Assembly (NCBI GenBank): GCA_963783375.1 | Contig: CAWANH010000029.1 | Location: 64,001 to 128,000 of the forward strand | DNA: 64,000 nucleotides | Direction: 5' to 3' | Source of the DNA: Candidatus Eiseniibacteriota bacterium | GTDB taxonomy: Bacteria; Eisenbacteria; RBG-16-71-46; JABDJR01 | Shown: positions 37,274-47,842 of the stretch, piece by piece | How the letters are laid out: each line of letters starts with the position of its first letter | Numbering within the stretch: position 1 is the stretch's first letter | Translations under genes and position numbers: made by a program | Notes under the pieces: model-generated | Databases searched by the model: none | What the model was told of the DNA's origin: nothing | The model's input: only the letters and a program-made list of their open reading frames with translations

Positions 37274-37789
37274 ATGAACCGTGAGCCCGTCCTCGATCCG
37301 TCCGGTCTCGCTCGTGCCGCCGCGCGTATCGCCTCCATCATCCCCGGCTATTCCGGCTACAAGAACCGCGAACGCCTGCGGGAGGAGGATCGGGCGGTCC
37401 GGGATGCGGTGGTGCGCCAGCTCGGTCTCACCATGGGCCGTCTGGAGCGCGCCTTGAGCGCAACCATCCGCTCCCTGGCCCCCGCCGAGGTGGAGGAGGC
37501 GGATCGGGTGCTCCGCGCCCTGAGCCGTGACCGCGACCGGATCCGGTTCGCTCCCGCCGGCTACTCCTCGCTCTTCGCCCGGAAGAAGATCCAGTCCAAC
37601 GAACTGGACGGTCTGTTGGCTCTCGATGCCCAGCTCTGGGCCGCCCTGGACGCGCTGGACCGCTCCGCGGGGGACTGGGACGAGGCCACCCGGCGCGGGG
37701 AAGGGAAGTGGCCGGGCCGGGATATCGATGGCGCCATTCGCGAGCTGGAAGATGTCCTCGACCAGCGTGAGTCCACCCTGAGGAGCTGA
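37274..37789 (+). CDS. Alpha-helical hypothetical protein (IPGYSGY...RE.D..VR family)
   Basis: GAGG RBS; all-helical composition; IPGYSGYKNRERLREEDRAVR and APAGYSSLF; first gene of the SPFH operon. Confidence 0.8.
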   Translation: MNREPVLDPSGLARAAARIASIIPGYSGYKNRERLREEDRAVRDAVVRQLGLTMGRLERALSATIRSLAPAEVEEADRVLRALSRDRDRIRFAPAGYSSLFARKKIQSNELDGLLALDAQLWAALDALDRSAGDWDEATRRGEGKWPGRDIDGAIRELEDVLDQRESTLRS

Positions 37790-37791
37790 CC

Positions 37792-38796
37792 ATGTCGATC
37801 TTTCTTGAAGTCATCCAGGCCCATGATCCCACCGGGAGCGAGATGATCCATCGGGTTCCCGAGGACGGAACGGGGGCGATCAAGTTGGGCGCGGTGTGCA
37901 TCGTCCAGGAGAGCCAGGTCGGGGTGTTTTACCGGGACGGCCAGGTGCTGGACGCCCTGGGTCCGGGACGCCACGTTCTGTCCACCGCCAACCTGCCGCT
38001 GTTGAGCAGCCTCCTCTCCATCCCCTACGGGGGCACGAGCCCGTTCCAGGCCGCGGTGTACTTCGTGAACCAGAAGGTGTTCACGAACCTCAAGTGGGGT
38101 ACGCGCCAGCCGGTGGCGTTCCGGGACCGCGAGCTCGGGGTGGTGCGCCTTCGCGCCCACGGCGTCTACGCCATGCGGATCGCCGACCCCGTGCTCTTTC
38201 TCAACACGCTGGTCGGCACCCAGGGAATCGTGGCCACCTCCGACCTGGAGAGCTACCTCCGGGATGTGGTGGTGGCGCGCCTGAACGACCTCCTCGGCGA
38301 AAAGCTCACCAGCCTGCTCGATCTGCCCGCCCTCTACAACGAACTGGCCACCGAGGCGCGCCTGGAGCTGAAGCACGACTTCGGCCGGTACGGCATCGAC
38401 CTCATCGATTTCTTCGTCACCTCGGTGACTCCCACCGAAGAGGTCCAGAAGGCCCTCGACGAGCGCGCGGGCCTGAACGCGGTGGGACCGCTCCAGGCCT
38501 ACCTCCAGTACCAGGCCGGGAAGGCCCTGGGCCGCCCCGGATCGGCGGGCGAGAACCCGGGGGGGAACGGTGCCGCTTCGGGGCTGGGGCTCGGAGTGGG
38601 GGCCGGCATGGGTCTCCTGTTGCCGCAGGCATTTCTCGGGTCCGCCGCGCGGGCCCAGGGCGGAGGCTTCTGTCCCCATTGCGGGGCCTCCCTCGGCGGC
38701 ACGACCTCCTGCGTCTCGTGCTCCGTGGAGCTTCCCGCCGGCGCGCGGTTCTGTCCCAAGTGCGGAGCGGAGCAGAAGACCGCGCAATCGTCGTGA
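37792..38796 (+). CDS. SPFH/Band-7 (YdjI-like) protein with C-terminal double zinc ribbon
   Basis: IVQESQVGVFYRDG..LGPGRH.LST.NLP, KWGT, GLGLGVGAGMG, CPHCG..CVSC..ARFCPKCG. Confidence 0.9.
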   Translation: MSIFLEVIQAHDPTGSEMIHRVPEDGTGAIKLGAVCIVQESQVGVFYRDGQVLDALGPGRHVLSTANLPLLSSLLSIPYGGTSPFQAAVYFVNQKVFTNLKWGTRQPVAFRDRELGVVRLRAHGVYAMRIADPVLFLNTLVGTQGIVATSDLESYLRDVVVARLNDLLGEKLTSLLDLPALYNELATEARLELKHDFGRYGIDLIDFFVTSVTPTEEVQKALDERAGLNAVGPLQAYLQYQAGKALGRPGSAGENPGGNGAASGLGLGVGAGMGLLLPQAFLGSAARAQGGGFCPHCGASLGGTTSCVSCSVELPAGARFCPKCGAEQKTAQSS

Positions 38797-40223
38797 CCGG
38801 CGGCGCACGCTTCGAGCTCGAATGTCCCCGGTGCGGGGGGACGGTCACCTTCCTGGAGGGGGCGGCGGCCCTGGATTGCCCGAGCTGCCGGGGCCGGTTC
38901 TTCCTGGGCGAAGACGGCTCGGCGGGCTGGTTGCTCCCCCCCACGGTCGACCCCGAAACCGCGGCCGGCGCCGCCCGGACCTGGCTCCGCGAGAGCGGGC
39001 GGCGGGTCACCCGGATCGATCCCCCCCAGGGGGTGCTGATTCCATTCTACTGGACCCGCGGGCTCCGTTTCGTGTGGCGGCTGAAGGACCCGGCCCGAGA
39101 GCGGCAGGCGGCCTACGCCCGCTCCGAGCACGCGCTCCGGCGCGTTCTCGGCGCGGCGGATCCGTCGTGGGGCGCGGGCGATCCCGACGACTGGGAAGCG
39201 GGTGCGTCGGTGGAGGCCTTCACCTACACCTTCCCCGCCCATCCCCTGGCCCGCCCCGGCTTCGGGAGTGCGGTGCGTTTCCAGAGCCTCCCCCTGTCCC
39301 TTCTCGACCCCGACCGGCTGCCGTCGGGATACCGGCTGCTGGACCCGACCCTCGGGCCGGAGGACGCCGGGAGTCGCGCTTCCCGGCGCCTGGCCGCCCG
39401 GGAGCGGACCCGGGAAAGCGGGCGGGGAACCTCGGCCGGGGTGGACCTGCATCGCCGGCTCAACCTCGCCGCCGTCCCCGCGGTGCTCGTGCCCTTCGGG
39501 TTTCGCGACGTGGAGCGCGGGGCGGTGCTGGTGGACGGGGTGAGCGGCCGCGCGCGGGAAGCGGTGGATGAGGCGCTCCTTCTCGCCGCCGAACGGCCCA
39601 TATCCCCCGGGCGGCTTCGCTATCCCGAGCTCCTTCCCCTGGAGTGCGGGGAGTGCGGGTGGGAGCTGGACCTGGTGGAACGGGACCGGCTTCATCCCTG
39701 CCCGAACTGCGGCGCGTGCTGGGAAATGGTCGGTCGCGACCGGCGCCGGGTTCGGCAGTGGTTCCTCGACGTGGAGCCGGACCCCTCGGGGCGGCTTCTC
39801 CCGTTCTGGGTGTTCGGGGCCGGCTCGGGGACCGAAAACCCGCCCGCCGAACCGCTCTTCGTTCCCGCCTATGCCGCCCGCCACCTCGAGGCCCAGATGC
39901 ATCTGGCCGCCACCCTCACCCGCCGTCCGCCCTCCGGGGACTGGTACCTCGACCCCGACCGGGCCCCCCGCGGGGCCGCGGTGGGGAGCGAGGAGGCTCG
40001 GGGTTGGCGCTGGGCGGTAACCGGCTCTCTTTCAAGGGAATCCTATTCGGACTTCGCGCGGTTTCTGAAAGACTCCACCTCCGGCGCCGCCTCCGCCGAG
40101 CCCCCGGCGGGTCTGGCTTGGCTTCCGTTCCGGCGGGAGGGCGGCGATCTGGTGGAGCCGGTCACCGGCGCCCGGACCCGCGCGGTGGGCACCACCCCCT
40201 GGGAGCTCGACCAGGCGGTTTGA
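38793..40223 (+). CDS. Protein with two zinc-ribbon modules, partner of the SPFH protein
   Basis: GTGA overlap; CPRCGG...CPSC then IPFYW; internal CGECG...CPNCG then LPFW (duplicated architecture). Confidence 0.8.
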   Translation: MTGGARFELECPRCGGTVTFLEGAAALDCPSCRGRFFLGEDGSAGWLLPPTVDPETAAGAARTWLRESGRRVTRIDPPQGVLIPFYWTRGLRFVWRLKDPARERQAAYARSEHALRRVLGAADPSWGAGDPDDWEAGASVEAFTYTFPAHPLARPGFGSAVRFQSLPLSLLDPDRLPSGYRLLDPTLGPEDAGSRASRRLAARERTRESGRGTSAGVDLHRRLNLAAVPAVLVPFGFRDVERGAVLVDGVSGRAREAVDEALLLAAERPISPGRLRYPELLPLECGECGWELDLVERDRLHPCPNCGACWEMVGRDRRRVRQWFLDVEPDPSGRLLPFWVFGAGSGTENPPAEPLFVPAYAARHLEAQMHLAATLTRRPPSGDWYLDPDRAPRGAAVGSEEARGWRWAVTGSLSRESYSDFARFLKDSTSGAASAEPPAGLAWLPFRREGGDLVEPVTGARTRAVGTTPWELDQAV

Positions 40224-40273
40224 CCCGGTTTCCCGGCGTCCTTCGGGTAAGATACGGCCGGAAGGGGGGCGCC

Positions 40274-42682
40274 ATGACGGCCGGTCCCGGACGCCGATTC
40301 CATTACACGCTCTCTGCGTTGGGCCTGGCGGCGTATCTCTGGGCGTTTCAGGCTCAGATCGGCCTTGCCCGGCTCCCCTTGGGATTTCCCCCCGCCGCGG
40401 CGGGCTACCCGGCGAGCTTCCAGGGTGTCCCGGCAGCGACTCGCGAGGAGGTCCGCTTCCTGGCCGAAGGGTTTCCCCCCGGTACGACGGTGACCCTGGT
40501 CGACTCGAAGGACCGGACGTGGATCACGTCCCTTCCCGCCGCCTTCTCCCGAACCTATCTCGTCATCACGCTGGTGAGCGGGCTCTTCTTCTGGGGGGTG
40601 AGCGCCTTCGTCTTCGCCTCCCGGGCGGCGGACCCCACCGTGCGCGACTTCTTCTGGTGCACGTTTCTCTACGGACTGACCGTTCTGGCCGGGGGCGTGT
40701 ACTTCGCGTTTCATCCCGGCCCCGGGGTGCTGGCCCGGAGCTGCATCGAGCTGGCCGGCCTGGCCGCGCTCCCGGTGATCTTCGTGCACCTCACCCTAAG
40801 CTTCCCCCATCGCCACCGGTTCCTGGATCGAAGGCGCTGGGTGATGCCGGCGCTCTGGCTCGCCGCCGCCGCGGTCTTCGCCGGGCAGGCGCTCGCGTTC
40901 CTGGGCTACTACCGGAACCCCGGCCCGGCGGCGGCCCGGTTCCTCGCCCTACCCCAGAAGGCGGCGGATCTGCTTCTGGTGGCCGAGGTGGCTGCGGGGG
41001 TGGCGATCCTCTTCGCCCGGAGCCGGGGCCTGGTGCTCACCCGGGAACGCCAGCAGACGAAGTGGCTCCTGTGGGGGTTCACCCTGGGGGTCACACCCTA
41101 CGTGTTCCTGCGCACCTTCCCGGCTCTCCTGGGTTTCCGTCCTCCCTTGAGCGCGGAGTTCGACCGCGTGTTCGAGCTGGCCATTCCGGTGGCTTTCGTC
41201 TTCGCGGTGGCGCGCTATCGCTTTCTCGACATCGACATCGTGATCCGGAGGAGTCTCATCTACGGGATCCTCGCCGCGGGGGCGGCGGCCCTGGTGCTTC
41301 CCTTCGTGTACCTGGCCCACCGACAGGTCGAGACCCTGGCTCCGCGACTCGAGTGGCTCGTGCTCATGGGGTTCGGCGCCCTGGCCGGCATTCTCTTCTT
41401 TCCCCTTCGCCGGATCATCGGCCGGTGGGTGGATCGCACCGTGTTCAAGATCAGCCACAACTACCGCCAGCGCCTGGCCGCGTTCGAGCCGGTGCTCCTG
41501 GAAGCGGCCAGCCCCGAGGAACTGGCCGGGGAGCTGGTGGAGTTCCTCCGCGACACCCTCGGCGCGGGGGCGGTGGGGGTGTTCATGGAGGGGGTGGATG
41601 CTCCGGCGGCGGTGGGGGATCTGCCGGCCGGCGCGGCCGCGGCGGCGAACCGTCTCGCCGAGGCCTCGGAGCCCGCGCGAAGGACCTGGGCCGCCCCCGG
41701 CGCCACCAGTCTCCCCGAGACCGAAACCCCCGAGTTTCCGGCGGACCTGGCCGAATCGGGCGCGGTCCTGATCCGGGCGCTGGAACGGGGAGGGGCGCGC
41801 TTCGGCTGGATCGTTCTCGGCCGGCGGGTGAACGAGCGGTGCTACGTGGAGACCGACCTGGCCGCCCTGGATCGCACCGCCGAGGCGGCGTCGGCGGCCC
41901 TGGAGCGTCTGCGCCTGGTCCGGCGGGCGGCGGAAGAGGCCTCGGCCCGGGAGCGGCTGGACCAGCTCGACCGGATGAAGAACGACTTCCTCTCCCGGGT
42001 CGCCCACGATCTCCGCACCCCGCTCACCTCCATCACCTGGTCCACCGAGAACCTGCTGGACGGGGTGACCGGCGCCCTCACCCCCACCCAGGTCGATTAC
42101 CTGGAGTCCATCCGGGCCTCCGGCGGACACCTGAACCGCCTGGTGACCAATCTCCTGGAGATCGCCCGGCTGGAAGCCGGGGAGCCGGCGTTCACTCCGG
42201 AGCCGGTGGATGCGGCGCGGGCGGCGCGCGAGGCGGCGGCGGCGCTCCGGGGCGCCGCCGGGGAGAAGGAGGTCGGGATCCGGGTGGAGGTCGCTTCCGA
42301 TCTTCCCCGGGTGCTCGCGGATCCTCACAAGCTGTTCGGGATCCTGATGAACCTCATCGACAACGCGGTCAAGTACACGCCTCCGGGGACCGCCGTGGAG
42401 GTGCAACTCGAACGCGATCCCTCCGGCGGCGTCCGCCTCGGCGTCCGCGATCAGGGAGCCGGCCTGGGCCCGGGGCCGCCGGAGCGGCTCTTCGAACGCT
42501 TCCAGCAGGGGTCGCCGAGCCCCCACGCCTCCCGGAAGGGCTTCGGTCTGGGCCTCTACATCGCCAGGTCCTATGCCGACTTCATGGGAGCCCGGCTCGC
42601 CGCGGGCGACCACCCCGAAGGCGGCGCGCTCTTCACCTGCGTGCTTCCCCCGGCGCGCGAACCCGACGAGGTGACCGCATGA
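40274..42682 (+). CDS. Membrane sensor histidine kinase (multi-TM, GAF-like, HisKA, HATPase)
   Basis: Several TM helices; FLSRVAHDLRTPL, NLIDNAVKYT, DQGAG, GFGLGL. Confidence 0.92.
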   Translation: MTAGPGRRFHYTLSALGLAAYLWAFQAQIGLARLPLGFPPAAAGYPASFQGVPAATREEVRFLAEGFPPGTTVTLVDSKDRTWITSLPAAFSRTYLVITLVSGLFFWGVSAFVFASRAADPTVRDFFWCTFLYGLTVLAGGVYFAFHPGPGVLARSCIELAGLAALPVIFVHLTLSFPHRHRFLDRRRWVMPALWLAAAAVFAGQALAFLGYYRNPGPAAARFLALPQKAADLLLVAEVAAGVAILFARSRGLVLTRERQQTKWLLWGFTLGVTPYVFLRTFPALLGFRPPLSAEFDRVFELAIPVAFVFAVARYRFLDIDIVIRRSLIYGILAAGAAALVLPFVYLAHRQVETLAPRLEWLVLMGFGALAGILFFPLRRIIGRWVDRTVFKISHNYRQRLAAFEPVLLEAASPEELAGELVEFLRDTLGAGAVGVFMEGVDAPAAVGDLPAGAAAAANRLAEASEPARRTWAAPGATSLPETETPEFPADLAESGAVLIRALERGGARFGWIVLGRRVNERCYVETDLAALDRTAEAASAALERLRLVRRAAEEASARERLDQLDRMKNDFLSRVAHDLRTPLTSITWSTENLLDGVTGALTPTQVDYLESIRASGGHLNRLVTNLLEIARLEAGEPAFTPEPVDAARAAREAAAALRGAAGEKEVGIRVEVASDLPRVLADPHKLFGILMNLIDNAVKYTPPGTAVEVQLERDPSGGVRLGVRDQGAGLGPGPPERLFERFQQGSPSPHASRKGFGLGLYIARSYADFMGARLAAGDHPEGGALFTCVLPPAREPDEVTA

Positions 42683-44031
42683 AAGCCGACGTGCTGATCG
42701 TGGACGACGACGAGGGGCTTCGCCGCGCCCTCCTCGACCGCTTTCGCTTCTGGGGGCACGAGGCCCTGGCGGTTTCCGGGGGCGAGGAGGCCCTGGCCGC
42801 CGCCCGCGACAGGGCGTTCGACCTGGTCCTTCTGGACCTGGCCATGCCCGGCATGTCCGGACTCACCGTGCTCGAGCGCCTGCGGGAATCGGGGTGCAGC
42901 GCCGACGTGGTGGTGCTGACCGCCCACGGTTCGGTGGAGAAGGCGGTGGAAGCGATCAAGAAGGGGGCGGACGAGTTCCTGATCAAGCCCGCCGACTTCG
43001 AGGTGCTGCGGAAGTTCCTGGATCGCGCCCTGGAGAAGCGCCGCCTCCAGCGCGTGAACCGGGCCCTGGCCGACCATCTCACCGAAGCCGCGCCGCGGAT
43101 CCTGAGCGGGAGCGCGGTCATGGCCCGGCTCCTGGAGACCGCGGACCGCGCCGCCGCCTCCGACGCCACCGTGCTCGTGGTGGGGGAGAGCGGCACCGGG
43201 AAGCAGGTCCTGGCCGAGCACATCCACGCCCGGAGCCCGCGGAGCGATGGGCCGTTCATCTACGTCAACTGCGTGGCCATCTCCGACGAGCTCATTGAGT
43301 CCACCCTGTTCGGGCACGAGAAGGGGGCGTTCACCGGGGCGGTGAACCGGAAAGAGGGACGCCTGGAGGCGGCGGGTGGGGGGACCGCGTTTCTCGACGA
43401 GATCGGGGACATCAGCCCGAGGCTCCAGACCAAGCTCCTCCATTTCCTGGAGTCGGGGGAGTTCGAACGGGTGGGGGGGAGCCGGACCTTGAACGTGGAC
43501 TGCCGCGTCCTCGCCGCCACCGGGAAGGACCTCACGACCGAGGTGCGGGAGGGCCGGTTCCGGGAGGACCTGTACTACCGGCTGAACGTGATCCGGCTGG
43601 AGCTCCCGCCGCTCCGCGACCGCCGGGAGGACGTGCCCATCCTGGCCGAGGCGTTCCTCGCCCGGTTCGGCCGGGAGCTGAAGCGCGAGGGGCTGTGCTT
43701 CGTCCCCCGCACCCTGGACGTCCTCCGGCAATACGCATGGCCCGGCAACGTCCGCCAGCTCAAGAACGCGGTGGAGCGGATGGCGGTGCTGGCCCGGGAG
43801 AGCGAGCTCACCCCCGATCTCCTTCCCCCCGAGATCCTCCACCGCGCGGAGGACGGATCCGGAGACGCGGAGGACCTTCCCTACCGGGAGGCCCTGAACG
43901 CGTTCAAGCGCCGGCTGGTTCGGCGCACCCTGGCCCGGACCGGGGGCAACCAGACCAAGGCCGCGGAGCTCCTCGGGCTCCAGCGGACCTATCTCAACAA
44001 GCTCATCAAGGACCTGGACATCCAGGCGTAG
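42679..44031 (+). CDS. sigma54-dependent Fis-family response regulator (NtrC/AtoC-like)
   Basis: REC (VDDD, DLAMP), [53 protein letters not shown]. Confidence 0.95.
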   Translation: MKADVLIVDDDEGLRRALLDRFRFWGHEALAVSGGEEALAAARDRAFDLVLLDLAMPGMSGLTVLERLRESGCSADVVVLTAHGSVEKAVEAIKKGADEFLIKPADFEVLRKFLDRALEKRRLQRVNRALADHLTEAAPRILSGSAVMARLLETADRAAASDATVLVVGESGTGKQVLAEHIHARSPRSDGPFIYVNCVAISDELIESTLFGHEKGAFTGAVNRKEGRLEAAGGGTAFLDEIGDISPRLQTKLLHFLESGEFERVGGSRTLNVDCRVLAATGKDLTTEVREGRFREDLYYRLNVIRLELPPLRDRREDVPILAEAFLARFGRELKREGLCFVPRTLDVLRQYAWPGNVRQLKNAVERMAVLARESELTPDLLPPEILHRAEDGSGDAEDLPYREALNAFKRRLVRRTLARTGGNQTKAAELLGLQRTYLNKLIKDLDIQA

Positions 44032-44078
44032 CCCGGGCGGCCGGCCGGGGAGCCGTCTCCGGCCCCCCGGCCCGCGGT

Positions 44079-45186
44079 TCACGACGGGTCGCTCAGACAG
44101 TGGACCTGGCTTCGCCAGCGCTCCTGGCCGTGGTTTCCCACCTGGAGCCGGCTCAGGAAGAGCTCCGTCCCCCCCCTTCCGGGGCCACCCGCCGGTCGAT
44201 CGCGGTCACCCGGAAGTTCCCGGTCTCCCAGAGGCCGTTCTGGGATCCGGTGACCCGGAGGGTGAAGGGTTCGCCGACCGGGGCCGGCGGGTTCCGGGTC
44301 ACGTCCACCGGGGTGGCCAGGAGCATTCCCGAGTACCCGTTGTGGTAGGAGTAGCTCCCGTCCGCGGTCACGGTCACCGCTCCGGTGAATTCCAGCGGAC
44401 CGGAGAGCATGAAGTATTCGTACCCCGACTCGTTGCAGAACGGCTTGGGGACGAGCTGTCCGAAGGGCGTGTTGAACGAGTAGCTCGTGGTGCCCTCCGC
44501 GATCGGCGCCTCCAGGGCCAGGCTCAGCACCGTGGCCCGCCCGTCGTTCATGATCCCCACCGGCTCGGTGACCTGGCCCGCGGGCCCGCCGAAGATCTGC
44601 TTCAGCCCCTCGGGGAGCAGGTTGTAGATCATCGGGTCGATGGCGCGGTAGGTCGGCCCGGCGTTGATCGGGTTCGTGACCATGACCGGCGCGCCCGGGT
44701 CGAGAAGGCCGGGCCGCAAGAGGTCGAGCACCACCATCTGCTCGGCCAGCTCCCAGCTCAGGGGCTGGTGGTTGGAGGTCCCCGGAATCAGGAACTCGAA
44801 GTGGGCCGCACCCAGGGTGATCGCCCCGCCGTCCCCCCACGGGATCCCGGTGGAGAAGAGGCGGAGGTGGATGCGGAGCGGCTGGTAGTCCCCGAGCTGG
44901 AGCTGGACCACGCTCCCCGTCCACCCCGCGCTCTCGACCCACGTGGTCTGGACGTCGCCGACCGCGTCGGACCAGACCGCGTTGAAGGGATCGATGGGGA
45001 GCGAGAAGGGGAGGGGATAGCTCTGGCGGTTCCCGTCCAGAGCCAGGAGCGCGGCCCGGATGCGGACCGGGTCGGCCTTTCCCACGAACACCAGGTCGAT
45101 GGGATCGACCTTCACCGTGTCCAGGGAGGCGCTGGTATAGGGCCAGAGGTCGAGGGACGTCCCCGGGCCCCCCGCGGACGAATCAT
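44079..45186 (-). CDS. Hypothetical beta-rich protein, apparently frameshifted at both ends (core ORF 44153-45115)
   Basis: Typical coding bias; frame stays open upstream (LDLWPYTS) without a start; one extra G at 45168-45173 links ATG 45186 and one at 44169-44176 gives the C-terminus TELFLSRLQVG...CLSDPS. Confidence 0.6.
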
Positions 45187-45344
45187 GGAAGCGTCAATTC
45201 AAGCTTCGTGCCGAAGAATGGATCCGGACCCGTCGATCGTGAAACCCGGTCCGGCGCAGGGGCTTCTCGCTCGCCGACCGGTTCGGTCGGGGGAGTGCCG
45301 GACGCGACGCGCTGTACCGCCATGCGTACAGTCCGCGACCGGGG

Positions 45345-47264
45345 TCAGTTTTCCTCCAGGAGCTTCCGCACCTCGTCCGCGGTCTCGCCCTCCGGAGCAA
45401 GCTTCAGGTAGGCCCTGAAGTGTTCCTCCGCCTCTTCGGGGCGCCCCGCCCGCTGCGCGGCCAGGCCCAGGTTGAAACGGACGGCGGGATCGTCGGGCCT
45501 TTGATCGGCCAGGGCTCGAAGGAAGGGCAACGCCGCCCCCGGTTCCCCGTGGTGGAGGTGCCAATCGGCGAGGTGGGTGAGGGCGGCGGGGTCGGCCGCG
45601 TCCAGCTCGTGGACCGCCTCCCACTCCTTCCGGGCCTCCGCATCGCCCCCCGAGGCCTCGGCGAGGAGCGCCAGCTCCCGGTGGGCCTCGATATGGCGGG
45701 GATCGCGCGCGAGGCACGCGCGAAAGTCGGCCCGCGCTCCCGCCGTGTCCCCGGCCAGGCGCTCCCGGGCCAGGCCCCGGACGTACCAGGCCTCGGCCAG
45801 GTCGGGGTTCCGGGTGAGGACGGAGTCGAGGAGCGCGGTTCCCGGCCCGGCCTTGCCCGCCTCGAGCAGGGTCTGGGCGCGAAGCAGCAGGGTCTTCGAT
45901 ACCTGGAGCCGGGTCCACCGGGGGAGTTCGTCTTCGGGGTCCGGGACCGCGGCGTCCGTTGCCGGTCCGGCGTCCGTCGCCCCCACGTATCCGAGGCTCC
46001 GGAGCATCTCCCGCCGCTCGGGGTCCGCGCCTCCCGCCGCCCGGGCGAGGACCGCGTCGGGGGGATCGGTTTCGGTGATCGCGTCCAGGAAGCGCCGGAG
46101 CCGGTCCGCCTCCGGCGCGTCGGCGACCGGATGGACTTCCCCGGGATCGGCGGCCAGGTCGTAGAACCGATCCTCATTCCCGCGTACCAGCTTCCACCCG
46201 CCGAGCCGCGCGGCGCGAAGCTCCTTCCAGCGATAGGAGACCCGGGTGCGGAAGGTCTCGGCGTACTCGATCGGGGGATCGGGATCGGGGCGATTCCAGG
46301 CCAGCGTCCGTCCGTCCGGCGGCGGGCCCCCGTCGGCCAGGCGGAAGGTCCGCGCCAGGGTGGGCTCCAGGTCGACGAGGCTCACCAGGTCGTTCCGCAC
46401 CGCGCCCTCCGGCACCCCGGGCCCGGTTGCGATGAGCGGGACGTGCAGCGTGGACTGGTAGAGGAGGAAGCCGTGCTGGGGCTCGCCGTGCTCTCCCTGG
46501 GACTCCCCGTGGTCGGCGGTCACCACCACCAGGACGCCGGCGCGCTTTCGCACCTCGGCCAGGAGCCGCCCGATCTCCGCGTCCACGAACGAGATCTCGC
46601 CGTCGTAGGGGCTTCCGGGGTGCATGGCGGCGTAGGCCGGCGGCGGATCGTAGACCATGTGGACGTCGAAGTAGTGGACGAAGAGGAAGAACTTCCGGTC
46701 GCCGAAGCGGGTGAGTTCCTTCAGGGCCAGGTCGGTGACGGTGTCCGCGCGCCGGCGGGTGGCGGCGAACTCCGGGGCTTCCTTGTGGTAGACCGGGTCG
46801 TAGACCGGGTACGGCCCGTGGAAGTCGGCATCGTAGGTCTTGAATCCCCGGTCGAGGCCCCGGTCGGGGTTCAACACCGCCGAGGCCACCACCGCCCCCG
46901 TTCGCCATCCCCGGTCCCGGAAACGCTCGGCCAGGGTGGTCTGGTCCGGCTGGAGCACGAAAGCGTCGTTGTCCCGCACCCCGTGATGGAACGGCAGCCT
47001 TCCGGTCAGAATGCTGGACACCGCGGGCAGGGTCACCGGGACGGGGGTCATGGCATCGGCGAAGCGGGTGCCCGCCGCGGCCAGGGAGTCCAGGGTGGGG
47101 GTGACCGCGGGGGCGTACCCGTAGGAACCCAGCCGGTCCCCGCGCAGGGTGTCGATCACGATCAGGACGAGGCTCCGGGGGGCGTCCTTCGGCCGGCCGG
47201 GGGCGCAGGAGAGCGCCGCGCCGGCGGCGAGGGCGAGGAGCGCCGCCAGGGCGACGATGCGCAC
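45345..47264 (-). CDS. Sulfatase-like (alkaline phosphatase superfamily) lipoprotein with TPR C-terminus
   Basis: Lipobox ALS-C; IDTLRGD, TLPAVSSILTG, HYFDVH, ADHGE...HG, LRSLGYV; TPR repeats; alternative GTG start at 47336. Confidence 0.85.
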   Translation of the reverse strand: MRIVALAALLALAAGAALSCAPGRPKDAPRSLVLIVIDTLRGDRLGSYGYAPAVTPTLDSLAAAGTRFADAMTPVPVTLPAVSSILTGRLPFHHGVRDNDAFVLQPDQTTLAERFRDRGWRTGAVVASAVLNPDRGLDRGFKTYDADFHGPYPVYDPVYHKEAPEFAATRRRADTVTDLALKELTRFGDRKFFLFVHYFDVHMVYDPPPAYAAMHPGSPYDGEISFVDAEIGRLLAEVRKRAGVLVVVTADHGESQGEHGEPQHGFLLYQSTLHVPLIATGPGVPEGAVRNDLVSLVDLEPTLARTFRLADGGPPPDGRTLAWNRPDPDPPIEYAETFRTRVSYRWKELRAARLGGWKLVRGNEDRFYDLAADPGEVHPVADAPEADRLRRFLDAITETDPPDAVLARAAGGADPERREMLRSLGYVGATDAGPATDAAVPDPEDELPRWTRLQVSKTLLLRAQTLLEAGKAGPGTALLDSVLTRNPDLAEAWYVRGLARERLAGDTAGARADFRACLARDPRHIEAHRELALLAEASGGDAEARKEWEAVHELDAADPAALTHLADWHLHHGEPGAALPFLRALADQRPDDPAVRFNLGLAAQRAGRPEEAEEHFRAYLKLAPEGETADEVRKLLEEN

Positions 47265-47332
47265 CGCGGGACCGCGGGAGGGGGGCAACCCCGTGTTCCC
47301 GGCGGTCACCTCGAGGAAATGGGTTCCCGATC

Positions 47333-47842
47333 TCACCGGGTTTCCCGACCGGTCCTGCCCGTCCGCTCGTACACCCGAAAACTGAACGCGTGGTCGTGGC
47401 GGGAGTCCGCCTCGCGCCGGTCCTCGGAAACCAGCGTCCAGGCTCCCGGATCGAGCGCCGGAAAGGTCACGTCCCCCTCGACCGTCGCGTGGACCCGGGT
47501 GAGATACAACCGGTCCGCCCGCGGCATCGCCTCGGCGTAGAGCATCGCCCCGCCGATCACGAAGACCTCGTCCTCGCCGGCGCAGAGGGCCAGCGCCTCG
47601 TCCAGGGAAGCGAACACCTCCGCCCCCTCTGCCGCGTACCCCGGGGTGCGGCTCACCACCAGGTTCCGCCGGCCGGGGAGAGGCCGGCCGATCGACTCCC
47701 AGGTCTTCCTCCCCATGATGACCGGATGCCCCACGGTGAGCCGCTTGAACCGCTTCAGGTCCTCGGAGAGATGCCAGGGGAGCTTCCCCGCCCGGCCGAT
47801 GACGCCGTTCTCCGCCGCCGCCACGATCAGGGAGACGATCAC
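47333..47842 (-). CDS. folA: Dihydrofolate reductase
   Basis: [45 protein letters not shown]. Confidence 0.96.
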   Translation of the reverse strand: MIVSLIVAAAENGVIGRAGKLPWHLSEDLKRFKRLTVGHPVIMGRKTWESIGRPLPGRRNLVVSRTPGYAAEGAEVFASLDEALALCAGEDEVFVIGGAMLYAEAMPRADRLYLTRVHATVEGDVTFPALDPGAWTLVSEDRREADSRHDHAFSFRVYERTGRTGRETR

